Under the pieces are notes generated by a model. That model ran no database searches and was not told where the DNA came from. It worked only from the letters and a program-made list of their open reading frames with translations. A program made the translations under genes and the position numbers. DNA of 64,000 bases from Allosphingosinicella sp. (lineage in GTDB: Bacteria > Pseudomonadota > Alphaproteobacteria > Sphingomonadales > Sphingomonadaceae): contig DASVSZ010000030.1 in NCBI GenBank assembly GCA_036387855.1, forward strand, positions 802 to 64,801. Direction: 5' to 3'. Shown one piece after another: positions 25,579-37,586 of this stretch. Every line of letters starts with the position of its first letter. Within the stretch, counting starts at the first letter, position 1.

Positions 25579-28344
25579 ATGCCCCATCTGTATCTCGTCG
25601 ACGGCTCCAGCTACATCTTCCGCGCCTACCACCGCCTGCCGCCGCTGACCAATCGGCACGGGCTCAACGTCGGTGCGGTCTATGGCTACACGACCATGTT
25701 GTGGAAGCTGGTCGAGAGCTTGCACAAGGGGGACGGGCCGACCCACCTCGCCGTCATCTTCGACGCCGCCGGCAAGACCCACCGCGACGACATGTATGGC
25801 GAGTACAAGGCGAACCGGCCGCCGCCGCCAGCCGATCTGGTGCCGCAATTCCCGCTGATCCGCGATGCGACCCGCGCCTTTTCGCTGCCCTGCATCGAGG
25901 AGGAAGGGCTTGAGGCGGACGATATCATCGCCTGCTATTCCCACGCGGCGCTGGCCGAAGGCTGGAAGGTCACGATTGTCAGTTCCGACAAGGATCTGAT
26001 GCAGCTGATCGAGGACGGCCGGCTCGATATGCTCGACACGATGAACGACCGGCGGATCGACCGCGCTTACGTGATCGAGAAGTTCGGGGTCGGGCCGGAG
26101 CAATTGGGCGAGGTGCTCGCGCTGATGGGCGACAGCGTCGATAACATTCCCGGTGTTCCGGGGATCGGCCCCAAGACCGCGGCGCAGCTGATCCAGCAAT
26201 ATGGCGACGTCGAGACGCTGCTTTCGCGCACCGACGAGATCACCAAGCCCAAGCTCAAGCAGAATTTGATCGAGCATGCCGAGGCGGCGAGGATGTCGCG
26301 CGAACTCGTCAAGCTGGTCTGCGATTCACCGTTGCCGCAGCCGCTCGGCCAGCTGGAAATGCAGGGCATTCCGGACGGACCATTGCGCGAGTTTCTGGAG
26401 CATCACGGCTTCAAGTCACTGCTGGCGCGGCTGAACGGCACCAGCCAAGTTCGCGCCCCCTCGACCGATCCGGCCAAGATGCCCGTGCAGCGTGAAGTGC
26501 GGCCTGAGCCGAAGATCGACCGCTCGGCTTATGAAACCGTGCTGGACGAAGTCGCGCTCGACCGCTGGATCGCCGAGGCGGTCAGGCTTGGCCGGTTCGC
26601 GATCGATACCGAAACAGACGGGCGCGATCCGATCCGCGCCAAGCTGGTCGGGATCAGCATGGCGACCGAGTGCAACCGCGCCTGCTATATTCCGCTCGAA
26701 CATGGCGGGGACGATCTGCTCGCCGAGCGCCCGGAACAACTCCCGGCCGAACTGGTGCTCGGCAAGCTCAAGCCGCTGCTTCAGGATCCCGCGGTTCTCA
26801 AGATCGGCCACAATCTCAAGTTCGACTGGGTCCTGCTGGACCGTCGCGGCATCAAAGTCGCGCCGATCGACGACACCTTGGTGATGAGCTTCGATCTTAA
26901 CGCCGGCGGGCTGTCCAGCCACAGCCTCGACGATCTCGCCAAGGAGCATCTCGACCACCAGTGCCTCAGCTTCAAGGAGGTGTGCGGATCGGGCTCTAAG
27001 CAGGTCTGCTTCGACAAGATCACGCTCGATCGCGCGACCGAATATGCGGCAGAGGATGCCGACGTCACCTTGCGGCTGTGGAAGCGGTTCAAGGCGCGAT
27101 TGCCGCACGAGCGCGTGACGCAGGTCTACGAGACTGTCGACCGGCCGCTCGTGCCGGTGGTCGCGCGGATGGAACGGGAAGGGGTCAAGGTCGATCGCGA
27201 GGACTTGTCCAAGCTGTCGGCCGAGTTCAATGCGCAGATCGTCGCGCTGGAGGAGCAGGTTTGCGCCGAAGCGGGAGCGAAATTTACGATCGGCAGCCCG
27301 AAGCAGTTGGGCGAAATCCTGTTCGACAAATTGCAGCTGAAAGGCGGGCGCAAGGGCAAGTCGGGCGTCTGGTCGACCGACGTCAACGAACTCGAGCGGC
27401 TGTCGCGCGACGGTGTGCCCATCGCCCGGCTGGTGCTCGACTGGCGCCAGCTCACCAAGCTCAAGAACACCTATACCGACGCGCTGCAGCAGCAGATCAA
27501 CCCGGAAACGGGCCGCGTCCACACCTGCTACAGCTTGTCGGGCGCGCAAACGGGGCGGCTGTCCTCGACGGATCCGAACCTGCAGAACATCCCGATCCGC
27601 ACCGAGATCGGCCGCCGCATTCGCGACGCGTTCGTCGCCGAGCCCGGCTATGTGATGCTCGCGGCCGATTACAGCCAGATCGAGCTGCGGCTGGCGGCGC
27701 ACATGGCGGACGTGCCGCAACTCCGCCAAGCCTTCGCCGAGGGTGCCGACATCCACAGCATGACCGCGCAGGAACTGTTTGGGGAGGTCAGCCGTGACAC
27801 GCGCGCGAGCGCCAAGACGATCAACTTCGCGATCCTCTACGGCATTTCGCGCTGGGGATTAGCGGGCCGGCTGAGCATCACCGCAGATGAAGCGCAGGCA
27901 ATGATCGACCGTTATTTCGACCGCTTTCCCGGCATCCGCGATTATATTCATAGGACGCTGACCAGCGTGCGCGAGACCGGCTTCACCACCACCCTGTTCG
28001 GCCGCAAGACGCACTTTCCCGGCATTCGCAGCAAGGTGCAACACGAACGGCAGGGCGCCGAGCGCGCCGCCGTCAACGCGCCGATTCAGGGCACCAGCGC
28101 CGACATCATCAAGCGCGCCATGGCCCGGATGTGCCCGGCGCTGGAGCGCGAAGGCCTGGGCTCCACGCGCATGCTGATGCAAGTCCACGACGAGCTCGTG
28201 TTCGAAGTTCCGCAAGCCGATGCGGAGCGCGCCGGCGCGGTGATCAAGCGCGTGATGGAAGCCGCCGCCGGCCCCGCGGTCGAACTGTCGGTCCCGCTCG
28301 GCGTCGAAATCGGCACCGGCGCGAACTGGGGCGCGGCGCATTGA
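25579..28344 (+). CDS. polA: DNA polymerase I
   Basis: LVDGSSYIFRAYH 5'-3' exonuclease, DTET 3'-5' exonuclease, DYSQIELR, QVHDEL. Confidence 0.98.
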   Translation: MPHLYLVDGSSYIFRAYHRLPPLTNRHGLNVGAVYGYTTMLWKLVESLHKGDGPTHLAVIFDAAGKTHRDDMYGEYKANRPPPPADLVPQFPLIRDATRAFSLPCIEEEGLEADDIIACYSHAALAEGWKVTIVSSDKDLMQLIEDGRLDMLDTMNDRRIDRAYVIEKFGVGPEQLGEVLALMGDSVDNIPGVPGIGPKTAAQLIQQYGDVETLLSRTDEITKPKLKQNLIEHAEAARMSRELVKLVCDSPLPQPLGQLEMQGIPDGPLREFLEHHGFKSLLARLNGTSQVRAPSTDPAKMPVQREVRPEPKIDRSAYETVLDEVALDRWIAEAVRLGRFAIDTETDGRDPIRAKLVGISMATECNRACYIPLEHGGDDLLAERPEQLPAELVLGKLKPLLQDPAVLKIGHNLKFDWVLLDRRGIKVAPIDDTLVMSFDLNAGGLSSHSLDDLAKEHLDHQCLSFKEVCGSGSKQVCFDKITLDRATEYAAEDADVTLRLWKRFKARLPHERVTQVYETVDRPLVPVVARMEREGVKVDREDLSKLSAEFNAQIVALEEQVCAEAGAKFTIGSPKQLGEILFDKLQLKGGRKGKSGVWSTDVNELERLSRDGVPIARLVLDWRQLTKLKNTYTDALQQQINPETGRVHTCYSLSGAQTGRLSSTDPNLQNIPIRTEIGRRIRDAFVAEPGYVMLAADYSQIELRLAAHMADVPQLRQAFAEGADIHSMTAQELFGEVSRDTRASAKTINFAILYGISRWGLAGRLSITADEAQAMIDRYFDRFPGIRDYIHRTLTSVRETGFTTTLFGRKTHFPGIRSKVQHERQGAERAAVNAPIQGTSADIIKRAMARMCPALEREGLGSTRMLMQVHDELVFEVPQADAERAGAVIKRVMEAAAGPAVELSVPLGVEIGTGANWGAAH

Positions 28345-28358
28345 TTGCGCGCGTGGTG

Positions 28359-28372
28359 CGTTACATGTAACG
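28359..28372. promoter_or_regulatory. Perfect 14-bp palindrome CGTTACATGTAACG, probable TA operator
   Basis: Lies just upstream of the antitoxin start; type II TA modules typically autorepress at such palindromes. Confidence 0.65.
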
Positions 28373-28379
28373 TGTTTCG

Positions 28380-28619
28380 ATGGGCAAGAACGAGAAGATC
28401 AGCGGCCGGGAACGGGTGGCGAAGCGCCGCGCAGCATTGCGCGCGCAGGGATTGCGCCCGAAGCAGATCTGGATTCGAGACACGAGCGTACCGGGTTTCT
28501 GGGAAGAAGCTTCCCGGCAGGCGAAGCTGATTGTGGCGAGCGCTCACGAAGCCGAAGATCAAGCTTGGGTGGATGAGATCACGGACTGGGATTCCTGGCC
28601 CGAATGGAAGGCTGATTGA
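28380..28619 (+). CDS. Antitoxin, MazE-like (DUF3018)
   Basis: RERVAKRRAALRAQGLRPKQIW...EEASRQ pattern; overlaps the toxin start. Confidence 0.85.
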   Translation: MGKNEKISGRERVAKRRAALRAQGLRPKQIWIRDTSVPGFWEEASRQAKLIVASAHEAEDQAWVDEITDWDSWPEWKAD

Positions 28620-28942
28620 AGCGCCTTGAGATTTGGACCGCGTCGGGCGGTCCGGATTACGCGAGCAAGCCGCGCCCGGTTGTCATCATCCAGGATGAAC
28701 GGATTTCGACAGAGTCGGTAACGGTTTGCGGCATCACCTCCGATCCTGCGGAAGTGCCGTTCTACCGTCCAACGATAGACGCGGGCGATCGCACCGGCTT
28801 GCGTGAAGTCTCACGGATCATGGTCGATAGAATTACAACTCTCCCGCGTCGAAAGCTGGGGCGGCGCATCGGAGCCTTGTCGGCTTCTGAGGAGTCGGAG
28901 CTCCGCCAAGCCATGTTTCTGTTTCTCGGCTTTCATGCCTGA
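28616..28942 (+). CDS. PemK/MazF family toxin
   Basis: KPRPVVIIQ, VCGITS, SRIMVDRITT, GRRIGAL. Confidence 0.9.
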   Translation: MKRLEIWTASGGPDYASKPRPVVIIQDERISTESVTVCGITSDPAEVPFYRPTIDAGDRTGLREVSRIMVDRITTLPRRKLGRRIGALSASEESELRQAMFLFLGFHA

Positions 28943-30533
28943 CCCTCGGGAGACTGTCGCCGATACCGGCTCCGAAGACATTGCCGCGCTCGCCAAGGGC
29001 GGGCGGACGAATTTTTTCGGCTTTCTGCTCAGGCTCGCCGCGCGCTTGCCGTTCCTGTTCGTTGCCGGGCGCATCTACGGGCCGGAACTGCTCGGGCGCT
29101 TCGCTTATGCGGTGCTGATCGTCGAGTTCGCCGCGCAGCTGGCGACATTGGGCTTGAAGCGCGGGCTCGCCGAACAGTTATCCTCGACCGACAAGCCGCA
29201 TGCCTGCGTCGTGTGGGATGCGATGCTGGTCGCCTTGATCGCATCGGCGGTGGCGACGGTGGTGCTGGCATTGTTCCCGGGCGTCATGTTCCCGAACTCG
29301 CCGGTGCGCGGGCTGGAGTGGCTGCTGCCGTTGATCGTGTTCGCGATCGCGGGCTCCGATGTCGCGCTGGCGGCGCTCGCCTACCGCCACAATGTCCAGG
29401 CGACGGTAGCCGCGCGCGCCATCGTCGAACCCTGGACCATCAGCATCGCCGCGTTCGCATTATCCTATGTCTCCTCGCGCGACGGGCTGATCATCGCTTA
29501 TGTGCTATCGATGATCGCGGCCTTGGCCGCCTCGCTGTGGCCGCTTTACCGCAGCTACGGCGTGCCGAGCGGGTGGAAGCCGCAGCCGGGCCAGCTCTGG
29601 GCCCTGGCTCGCCGCAATACGCCGCTGGCGGCGGCCGACGCGGTCGAGTGGGGATCACGCCGGATCGACATCGCGATCCTCGGCCTGTTCTTCTCGCCGG
29701 CGGTCGTCGGCATCTATTATGTCGCCCAGCAGGTCGCCTCGCTGCCGCAGAAGCTCAAGACCAGCTTCGACCCGATCCTCGGGCCGGTGATCACCCAGAA
29801 ACTCGCCGAGGGCGACAAGGCGGCCGTGGCCAAACAGGTGCGGCAGGTCGGCTTTTGGATCATCGCGGCCCAGGTCGGGATCGCGCTCGCGCTCGGCATT
29901 CCGGGCGAAGCGGTCATGGGTCTGGTCGGCCCGAACTTCGTCGGCGGGACCGGCGCGCTGGCCTTCCTGCTGGCCGCCGAAGCGGTGGCAGCCACCGCGG
30001 TCGTGTCCGAAGCCGCATTGGTCTATGTCGCACGGCACCGCAATCTCGTCATCTCGCTGCTGACGATCTCGCTTCAGGCGGCGCTGTCGATCGCGCTGAT
30101 CCAAGGGATCCGAGCGGTTCGCCTGCCACAATGGCTGGTCGAACGCTTCGACCTGGCGGGCGACCGCCTGCCGGACAGCTTCGCGGCGGCGGGGCCGGCG
30201 CTCGCACTAGGGTTGGCGCTCGGCGTGTCGTCGATCTTCAAGGCACGGTTGCTCAGTCGTTTGCTGGGCGCGCCAGTGCAGGGCTGGCGCTGGCCGATCG
30301 TGTGGGCGGCGGCGGCCGCGATCGTCGTCGGAACCGGCTTCACGCGATTGCCCCAAAGCCTGGAATGGCTGGAGCTTGCGCTCGGCATTCCGGTGATCCT
30401 GCTCGCCTTTGGCCTGGTAATCTGGAAACGCGGCTTCACGCATGAGGATCGGGTATTGTTCCGGATAGGCAAGGGCGAGGAAGCGGCTCCTAGCCTTCCA
30501 CCTCCGCCAGGGGCTGCACCGCCGGGCCGTTGA
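28935..30533 (+). CDS. Polysaccharide flippase-like (MOP/Wzx) membrane protein
   Basis: Many TM helices, [17 protein letters not shown]. Confidence 0.8.
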   Translation: MPDPRETVADTGSEDIAALAKGGRTNFFGFLLRLAARLPFLFVAGRIYGPELLGRFAYAVLIVEFAAQLATLGLKRGLAEQLSSTDKPHACVVWDAMLVALIASAVATVVLALFPGVMFPNSPVRGLEWLLPLIVFAIAGSDVALAALAYRHNVQATVAARAIVEPWTISIAAFALSYVSSRDGLIIAYVLSMIAALAASLWPLYRSYGVPSGWKPQPGQLWALARRNTPLAAADAVEWGSRRIDIAILGLFFSPAVVGIYYVAQQVASLPQKLKTSFDPILGPVITQKLAEGDKAAVAKQVRQVGFWIIAAQVGIALALGIPGEAVMGLVGPNFVGGTGALAFLLAAEAVAATAVVSEAALVYVARHRNLVISLLTISLQAALSIALIQGIRAVRLPQWLVERFDLAGDRLPDSFAAAGPALALGLALGVSSIFKARLLSRLLGAPVQGWRWPIVWAAAAAIVVGTGFTRLPQSLEWLELALGIPVILLAFGLVIWKRGFTHEDRVLFRIGKGEEAAPSLPPPPGAAPPGR

Positions 30534-32019
30534 GCACCTGGCCGTCCGGCGCGAATTGCGAGCCGTGGCAGGGGCAGTCCCAGCATTTTTCGAACCCGTT
30601 CCAGTGGACGATGCAGCCCAGGTGCGTGCAGGTCGGCGAGCGGCGGATGATCGTGCCGTCCTCCGCCTTGTAGGTGGCGACCTGCTTCAGCCCATGCCGG
30701 ATCAGCGCCCCTTGCCCCGGCTGAAGATCGGCCTCGGTCTTGACGTCGCCGGGACCGAGATATTCGGCGAAATTCTTGACCGCTTCCGCCTGCCCCTTGA
30801 TGAACTCGGCGATCGAGGTGGTGCCGATCGTCTTGCGCGAGGGATCGAACAGGCTGGCGAAGCGGCTATCCTCGCCGATGATCAACGGCATGATCGTTAG
30901 GCTGCCGGCGACGCCGTGGGTCAGACCCATGCCGCTATCGCCGGTGTGGACGTAGATGTTGGTGCTGCCCGGGTTGCGGCCGGAAAAGGGCATGAAGTCG
31001 ATCGTCTCCATCACCTGGCCCGACCAGCGGTGGCTGGACCGGCTGAAGCTCGGATAATGGGCGCGGGTCCAGTCTTCGAGCCCGTCCAGCCGCTCTTCCT
31101 GATCGTGCGCTTCGCCCGTTTTGTGATCGCCGCCGCCGACGATCAACAGGTCCTCGGCCTCGCCGAGCGGCTGGATGCGGACATAATGATAGGCCTCGTA
31201 CGTGTCCCAGACGAGCGCGTCGGGAACCGAGCCTTTCGGAACCGGGCCGGCGATCGCATAGGTCCGGTAGGGCGGCTGCTTGGTGTGGATCGCGACCTTG
31301 TCGTTGGTCGGCGAATTGGTCGCGAACACGGCGGCGCGGGCGCGGATGACCGGGCCGCGCTCAGTGGTAATCTCGACGCCGCCATCCTTTTCCTGGTCAC
31401 CGACGTGAACGGTGTCAGCGTAAAGCCGGCCGCCGCGCGCCTGGATCGCTTCGGCAAGGCCACGCAGATATTTGGTCGGGTGGAACCGGCCCTGATTGGG
31501 GAAGCGCAGCGCACGGCCGGTATCGACGGCGGGCACGGGCGCGCGATCGGCCCATTCGACCGGAACGCCGATCTTGCGGCAGGCCTCATATTCGTCGTCG
31601 AGCTCGCTCTGCGGCTTGTCGGCCGGCGCGAACAGGTACCCGTCGAGCCGCTGGAAATCGGCATCGATGCCCTCGTCGCGGCAGATCGCCTCGATCCGGT
31701 TCACGGCCGCGACCTGGCTGTCGTGGTAGATGCGGGCGTCATCCTCGCTGCGCATCTTGATCAGCTCGGAATAAAGGTCGTCCAGTTCGGTCGCGAGATG
31801 AGCGGTGGTGCGCGCGGTCATGCCCGCACCGATGCCGCCGCGATCGATCACCACCACCGATCGGCCGAAGCGGGCCAGTTCATAGGCGGTGGACAGGCCG
31901 GCGATGCCGGAGCCGACGACAACCACGTCGCATTCGACATCCTGCGTGAGCGGCGGCGCGTCGACAACGGGGGTCTGGTCCATCCAGCAGCTGACGCTGC
32001 GCTCGTCGCCGACGTTCAT
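30490..32019 (-). CDS. FAD-dependent oxidoreductase with C-terminal Rieske domain (YhfW-like)
   Basis: [24 protein letters not shown]...CPCHGS. Confidence 0.9.
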   Translation of the reverse strand: MNVGDERSVSCWMDQTPVVDAPPLTQDVECDVVVVGSGIAGLSTAYELARFGRSVVVIDRGGIGAGMTARTTAHLATELDDLYSELIKMRSEDDARIYHDSQVAAVNRIEAICRDEGIDADFQRLDGYLFAPADKPQSELDDEYEACRKIGVPVEWADRAPVPAVDTGRALRFPNQGRFHPTKYLRGLAEAIQARGGRLYADTVHVGDQEKDGGVEITTERGPVIRARAAVFATNSPTNDKVAIHTKQPPYRTYAIAGPVPKGSVPDALVWDTYEAYHYVRIQPLGEAEDLLIVGGGDHKTGEAHDQEERLDGLEDWTRAHYPSFSRSSHRWSGQVMETIDFMPFSGRNPGSTNIYVHTGDSGMGLTHGVAGSLTIMPLIIGEDSRFASLFDPSRKTIGTTSIAEFIKGQAEAVKNFAEYLGPGDVKTEADLQPGQGALIRHGLKQVATYKAEDGTIIRRSPTCTHLGCIVHWNGFEKCWDCPCHGSQFAPDGQVLNGPAVQPLAEVEG

Positions 32020-32048
32020 GCTCTTCTCCGCTGCAAACCGCCTTCGCC

Positions 32049-32074
32049 AACGGGCCGTTCGCGAGATCGGTTCC
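32049..32074 (-). promoter_or_regulatory. EcfG (sigma-T) promoter, GGAAC-N17-CGTT
   Basis: Consensus match about 30 bp upstream of the YhfW-like gene. Confidence 0.75.
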
Positions 32075-32077
32075 GGC

Positions 32078-32131
32078 GATGGCTATCTACTCCTCTCCAC
32101 AAAGTCGTGGAGGGGAGTAGAGTAGTCGATC
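32078..32131. other. Long hairpin downstream of purH (terminator, solo repeat or sRNA)
   Basis: CTACTCCTCTCCAC-AAAGTC-GTGGAGGGGAGTAG plus an extended outer stem. Confidence 0.6.
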
Positions 32132-32168
32132 GGCAGGCGGACAGAATGATGCCGCTGAGTTTCGTGCG

Positions 32169-33758
32169 TCAATGCCGAAAATGCCGCACCCCCGTGAATA
32201 CCATCGCCAGCCCCGCTTCATCAGCAGCGGCGATCACCTCGTCGTCGCGGATTGAGCCGCCGGGTTGGATGACCGCTGTGGCGCCGGCTTCGACGGCGGC
32301 GAGCAGACCGTCCGCGAAGGGAAAAAAGGCGTCCGAGGCGACGGCGGCGCCGATCGTGCGGGGCTCGGGCCAGCCTGCCATTTCAGCAGCGTCGCGGGCT
32401 TTCCAGGCGGCGATGCGGGCGGATTCGAGGCGGTTCATCTGGCCGGCGCCGATGCCGGCGGTGGTGCCGCCCTTGGCGTACACGATCGCGTTGGACTTGA
32501 CGTGCTTGGCGACGGTCCAGGCGAACAGGCAATCGGCCAGTTCCCGCTCGGTGGGCACTCGCGTCGTCACCACCTTCAGAGCATCGGGCGCGGGCTTTTG
32601 ATTGTCGCGGGTCTGCACCAGCCAGCCGCCGGCGATCGACTTGATGTTGAAGCCGCCCCGGGCCGGATCGGGGAGTTCGCCGGTCAGGAGCAGGCGCAGG
32701 TTCTTCTTGGCCGCGAAGATCCGCTGCGCCTCTTCGTCCGCGTCGGGCGCGATCACCACTTCGGTGAAGATGGCGGTGATCGCGTCGGCATCCGCGGCGT
32801 TAAGCGGCCGGTTGACCGCGACGATGCCGCCGAACGCCGACACCGGATCGCAGGCGAGCGCCGACTTGTAGGCTTCGAGCAACGTCCCCGCGACGGCCAC
32901 GCCGCAAGGATTGGCGTGCTTGACGATCACGCAAGCGGGATCGCCCTCGCGAAATTCCGATACGAGCTCGAGCGCGGCATCGGCATCGTTGTAATTATTA
33001 TAGCTGAGCGCCTTGCCACCCACCTGCCGCGCCTGGGCGATGCCGCGCGCGGTCGGGCCGGCATGGCCGTAAAGCGCGGCCTGCTGATGCGGGTTCTCGC
33101 CGTAGCGCAGCACCTGCGGCGCTTGCAGGACCATCGGCAGGGTCTGCGGGAAGAGCTGACCTTGATCGGCGAAAGCGAACCAGGAGGCGATGGTGGCGTC
33201 GTAAGTCGCGGTCGCGGCGAATGCCTTGGCGGCGAGGCGCTTGCGGAGGTCGAGCGCGGTCGCGCCTCCGCTCTCGTCGATCGCGGCGATCAGCTCCGCA
33301 TAGTCGGACGGATCGGTCAGGATCGCGACATGTGCATGATTTTTCGCAGCCGACCGGACCATGGCAGGCCCGCCAATGTCGATATTCTCGATGATCTCGT
33401 CGCGATCCGCGCCGCGGGCGACGGTCTGGGCGAAGGGGTAGAGGTTTACCACCACCAGATCGATCGCGCCGATGCCATGTTCGGCCATGGCGGCGCGATG
33501 CTGGTCATTGTCACGGACGGCCAGCAGGCCACCATGGACCTTGGGGTGCAAAGTCTTGAGGCGGCCGTCCATCATTTCGGGGAAGCCGGTCAGATCCGAG
33601 ACGTCGCGGACGTTCAGCCCAGCCTCGCGCAAGGCGGCGGCGGTTCCTCCGGTTGAGACGAGCTCGACTCCGTGGCGGGCCAATGCGTGGCCGAGCTTGG
33701 CGAGTCCCGCCTTGTCGGACACGGACAGCAGGGCGCGGGCGATCTTGACGTCGGACAT
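32169..33758 (-). CDS. purH: Bifunctional AICAR formyltransferase / IMP cyclohydrolase
   Basis: [38 protein letters not shown]. Confidence 0.97.
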   Translation of the reverse strand: MSDVKIARALLSVSDKAGLAKLGHALARHGVELVSTGGTAAALREAGLNVRDVSDLTGFPEMMDGRLKTLHPKVHGGLLAVRDNDQHRAAMAEHGIGAIDLVVVNLYPFAQTVARGADRDEIIENIDIGGPAMVRSAAKNHAHVAILTDPSDYAELIAAIDESGGATALDLRKRLAAKAFAATATYDATIASWFAFADQGQLFPQTLPMVLQAPQVLRYGENPHQQAALYGHAGPTARGIAQARQVGGKALSYNNYNDADAALELVSEFREGDPACVIVKHANPCGVAVAGTLLEAYKSALACDPVSAFGGIVAVNRPLNAADADAITAIFTEVVIAPDADEEAQRIFAAKKNLRLLLTGELPDPARGGFNIKSIAGGWLVQTRDNQKPAPDALKVVTTRVPTERELADCLFAWTVAKHVKSNAIVYAKGGTTAGIGAGQMNRLESARIAAWKARDAAEMAGWPEPRTIGAAVASDAFFPFADGLLAAVEAGATAVIQPGGSIRDDEVIAAADEAGLAMVFTGVRHFRH

Positions 33759-33813
33759 GGCGCGCGCATGAACGGGCGCGGCGCGATTTGGCAAGGGCAG
33801 AGTGGCTCAGGCT

Positions 33814-35553
33814 TCAGGCCGCGCGCTTGAAGTGCCAGCCGATCGTCATTCCGTTCGGCGGCGTTTCACCGGCGATGACCAGCTGGGTGCTCGGGTGCAG
33901 CGTCGCGGCTCCGTCCAGCCACAGACTTTCGTCGATCGCGAGCTGGCCGCCGCGGCAGCGGAACTGCCAGACATTGCCGCCCTTGATCCGCAGCAACGCG
34001 CCCTGGCCATCGGCGGTGCTGGTCACTTCCACGCCGGGCGCGAGATGGAAGCGGACCGCAAAGGCAGTCGGCCCCGAGCGGCGGCGTTTGCCTTCCGCCA
34101 GCAACACATCCTCGCCCTGCAGTTCGAGGCCGTCGGCGGACAGCGTCAGGCGGCGCTCGTGGGCGAGGCCGAAGCGCTTGCAATAGCCGTCGTGGCCCGC
34201 CTCCACATTGATCACGCCACCGGCTTCGTCGCGCGACAACTCGACTTGCGTCACGCCCTTGCCCAAGCTGCCGTCCTCAAGGATCGCCGTCGAATTGCGA
34301 TCGCCGAGCGTCAGGGTCGAGTGCGCCGCAGTGGTGCGCAGGCCCTGGATCAGACCGGGCGAGACCGCGCCCGAAAACACGCCCGCGCCACCGCAATTGA
34401 CCACCAGCCGTTGCTCGCCGTCGCTGAATTCAAAGGCCAGCGTCGATGCACAACCGTTCCTCAGCGCGCGCGCTGGTGGAGGCGGTGCGGCGTCGAACAC
34501 GACCAGGCCGCGCTTGGCGGACATGCGCTGATAACCCCAGCCGCGCGGCTGCCGGAGCGGGCGGGTTTCGACGCCGGAGCCTTCCACGGCGGCGGCGACG
34601 CGGCGGCGGCTCAGCATGTTGCCGCCCTGCCAGCTGGACAAGGCTTCGTCGCCAAGCGTGGTGGTCAGCAACGCGGCGACGGCGGCGGCCAGCGTTTCGC
34701 CGAACTCGGCCGGCATCTCCTGCGCCCCGGCGATATAGGCCGCGCGCAACTGGCCGAGCAGTTCGACCAGCGCGACCTGCTCGATCGGCGAGCGGCTGGT
34801 GATCCCGCCATCGTCGTGCATCGCCGCGGCGAGCGCGCGGGCAAGCCCGGCCTCGCCCTTGCCGAGCCGGGCGGGGCCGCCCTGGATCACCAGGGCCGAC
34901 GCGATCACGCCGATCCAGGCGCAGATGCGGGGCAGGCCGGGCGGGACCTTGTCCGCGCCGCGATCCAGGTAGCGGGCACCGCGCGCCAGCGTGTTCAGCA
35001 CGGCCGAGCGATAGACCAGGTCCTTGCGGGACAGGATGTACGGCGCATAGGCCGCCCAGAACAGCACACGCCGGCCCCACAGATCGGCCCGCCAGGCGCG
35101 CTCGCTGACCTGCTCGGCATAGTCGCTGAGCCAGCGCTGGACGAGATGCTCGGCCAGGCGCGCTCCACGTTCCCGAGTGGCGGCAGCCGCGAGATCGCGC
35201 AGCCAGGCGAAGCTTTGGAGATAATCGGACAGTTCGGGCGGGAAGCGCGGATCGCCGAAGTCGATCTTCTCCAGCCGGTAGGTTTCCCGCCCGTGCACCA
35301 AATTGCCGGCCAGCAGCGCCTCGCCGATCGCCTTGTCGCCCGCGATCGGGTCCTTGGGAACGGCGAGCAGTTTGAGCGGGTAACGCCCGCGCAGCCGCAT
35401 GCCCTGGAGCGGACTGCGCCAGGCGAGACGATGAAGCTGGTTGGCGACCCGTTCGCCGAACGACATGCCCGCATTGTCGCCGGCCTTGATCAGCCGCTTG
35501 CCGGGCTCGATCTGCTGTCCGTCATAGCTCCCCACGCGCTCGAGCAGGCTCAT
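33814..35553 (-). CDS. Heparinase II/III family protein
   Basis: [32 protein letters not shown]; usual neighbour of purH and rpe. Confidence 0.82.
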   Translation of the reverse strand: MSLLERVGSYDGQQIEPGKRLIKAGDNAGMSFGERVANQLHRLAWRSPLQGMRLRGRYPLKLLAVPKDPIAGDKAIGEALLAGNLVHGRETYRLEKIDFGDPRFPPELSDYLQSFAWLRDLAAAATRERGARLAEHLVQRWLSDYAEQVSERAWRADLWGRRVLFWAAYAPYILSRKDLVYRSAVLNTLARGARYLDRGADKVPPGLPRICAWIGVIASALVIQGGPARLGKGEAGLARALAAAMHDDGGITSRSPIEQVALVELLGQLRAAYIAGAQEMPAEFGETLAAAVAALLTTTLGDEALSSWQGGNMLSRRRVAAAVEGSGVETRPLRQPRGWGYQRMSAKRGLVVFDAAPPPPARALRNGCASTLAFEFSDGEQRLVVNCGGAGVFSGAVSPGLIQGLRTTAAHSTLTLGDRNSTAILEDGSLGKGVTQVELSRDEAGGVINVEAGHDGYCKRFGLAHERRLTLSADGLELQGEDVLLAEGKRRRSGPTAFAVRFHLAPGVEVTSTADGQGALLRIKGGNVWQFRCRGGQLAIDESLWLDGAATLHPSTQLVIAGETPPNGMTIGWHFKRAA

Positions 35554-36215
35554 TCATCGCCCCTCAGCGCCCGGATGTTGGCGGCGTATGACGCGGCGCC
35601 GCCCCGGAAGGTGGCCGTGCCCGCCACCAGCACGTCGGCGCCGGCCTCGACCGCACGGCGGGCGGTGTCGAAATCGATGCCGCCATCCACTTCGAGATCG
35701 ATGGACAGGCCAGCCTTGTCGATCTGCTTACGAATCGCTTCGATCTTGCGCAGTTGGCTGGCGATGAAGCTCTGCCCGCCGAAACCGGGGTTGACGCTCA
35801 TCACCAGCACCAGGTCCAGTTCCTCCAGCACATAGTCGAGCATCTTGGCCGGGGTCGCCGGATTGAGCGACACGCCGGCGCGCTTGCCGAGCGACTTGAT
35901 CCGCTGGATCGTGCGGTGGAGGTGCGGCCCCGCTTCGGGATGGACGGTGATCGTATCGGCGCCGGCCTGCGCGAACGCATCGAGGAACGGATCGGCCGGC
36001 GAGATCATCAGGTGGACGTCGAACGGCTTGGCGCTGTGCGGACGCAGAGCGGCGACCACGGCCGGACCGATGGTGAGGTTCGGGACGAAATGTCCGTCCA
36101 TGACGTCGACATGGATCCAGTCCGCGCCCGCTTCGTCGATCGCGCGAATTTCCTCGCCGAGCCGCGCGAAATCGGCGGACAGGATTGAAGGGGCGATGCG
36201 GACCGGCTGTTGCAC
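35550..36215 (-). CDS. rpe: Ribulose-phosphate 3-epimerase
   Basis: [32 protein letters not shown]. Confidence 0.97.
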   Translation of the reverse strand: MQQPVRIAPSILSADFARLGEEIRAIDEAGADWIHVDVMDGHFVPNLTIGPAVVAALRPHSAKPFDVHLMISPADPFLDAFAQAGADTITVHPEAGPHLHRTIQRIKSLGKRAGVSLNPATPAKMLDYVLEELDLVLVMSVNPGFGGQSFIASQLRKIEAIRKQIDKAGLSIDLEVDGGIDFDTARRAVEAGADVLVAGTATFRGGAASYAANIRALRGDE

Positions 36216-36267
36216 CGCGGAACGTTAACCGGCCCCGAGTCGCCCGGCAAGGAAGCCGGCGCCGCGT

Positions 36268-37527
36268 TCAGCTGATTCTGGTGAACCGGGCGATGAAGAA
36301 GCCGTCGGCACCGCCCTGATCGGCGAAAATGCCGGGCAGGATACGCACGATTCCATCATTCGGGCGCATGCCGGCGGGAAGTTCGTCGGGCCGGACCGGA
36401 TCCAGCGCGAAGTCGCGGCGGGAGGCAAGAAAGGCGGAGGCGACCTGCTCGCCTTCCTCGGGCTCGAGCGAGCAGACCGAGTAAACGAGGGTGCCGCCAG
36501 GTTCGAGCCAGCCGGCGGCGCGGGCCAGCATCGCCCGCTGGCCCTCGGCAAGCTCCCTGATCGCGCGCGGGCGGACCCGGTGCAGCACATCTGGATGGCG
36601 CCGGAAGATGCCGGTCGCCGAGCAAGGCGCATCGAGCAGGATTGCGTCCACCTTGCCGGGCGGGCTCCACTTCATCACGTCGGCCGTCCGGATCTCGGCC
36701 GCCAGCCCGGTGCGCTCCAGGTTCTCGCGAAGTCGCGCCAGACGACTTGCCGAGGCATCGATCGCTATGACCCGAAAGCCGGCAACGGCCAACTGCATCG
36801 TCTTGCCGCCAGGCGCCGCGCACAGGTCGAGGACGCTTCGCCCGGCGCCGGGGCCGAACAGCCGCGCGGGGATCGAGGCGGAGATATCCTGAACCCACCA
36901 ATCGCCGCTGCCATAGCCGGTCAATCCGGCCACCGCTTCGCCGCGGGCGAGGCGGAGATGTCGCGGCATCAGACTTACGCCGTCCAGGCCCGCGGGCGGC
37001 TGGTTGCCGGCGAGAACCAAGTCGATGGGCGGCGGCACGGCCAAGGCCTGTGCGGCCGCGCGCGCCACCGCGCTGCCCCACGCGGCTTCCCAGCGCTCCG
37101 CAACCGCCGGCGGGAGCGTGGGGACTTCGGGCAGGGTCGGTTCGCGGCGCATCACCGCGCTGAACACGCCATGGACCAAACGGCGCGGCCCGCCATCGAC
37201 CAGCGGCAGCACCGTCGAGATCGCGGCATGATGCGGCGTTTGCATCGCCAGCGCCTGCACCAAGGCGATCCGCAGGGCGAAGCGCGCCTTGGCGTCATCG
37301 GGAAGCCGCTTGGCCGTCGCGCCGTCGATCAGCGCATCGAGATCGACCAGCCGGCGCAGCGTTTCGGCCGCGATCGCATGCGCGAACGCCTTGTCGTCCG
37401 AGCGGTCGAGATCGCGCGTGGCGGTGTCGAGCGCGGCTTCGAGCGGCAGCCCCTTGCGCAGCACGGCATCGAGCAGCCGCAGGGCGGCGCGGCGCGAGCC
37501 GGTTCCGGCAGGGTCCTTGCTGTCCAT
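36268..37527 (-). CDS. rsmB: RsmB/NOP family RNA m5C methyltransferase
   Basis: VQD, DLCAAPGGKT, DAPCSATG, YSVCS. Confidence 0.88.
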   Translation of the reverse strand: MDSKDPAGTGSRRAALRLLDAVLRKGLPLEAALDTATRDLDRSDDKAFAHAIAAETLRRLVDLDALIDGATAKRLPDDAKARFALRIALVQALAMQTPHHAAISTVLPLVDGGPRRLVHGVFSAVMRREPTLPEVPTLPPAVAERWEAAWGSAVARAAAQALAVPPPIDLVLAGNQPPAGLDGVSLMPRHLRLARGEAVAGLTGYGSGDWWVQDISASIPARLFGPGAGRSVLDLCAAPGGKTMQLAVAGFRVIAIDASASRLARLRENLERTGLAAEIRTADVMKWSPPGKVDAILLDAPCSATGIFRRHPDVLHRVRPRAIRELAEGQRAMLARAAGWLEPGGTLVYSVCSLEPEEGEQVASAFLASRRDFALDPVRPDELPAGMRPNDGIVRILPGIFADQGGADGFFIARFTRIS

Positions 37528-37586
37528 CTTGCGCCGGCCCTACGGACTTCCGAGATGAACCGGCAAGTGATTAGGAGAGATGCCAC

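Noticed and set aside
30490-30533. 44-bp convergent overlap of the flippase and the FAD oxidoreductase
   Set aside because: Short tail-to-tail overlaps are common in high-GC genomes
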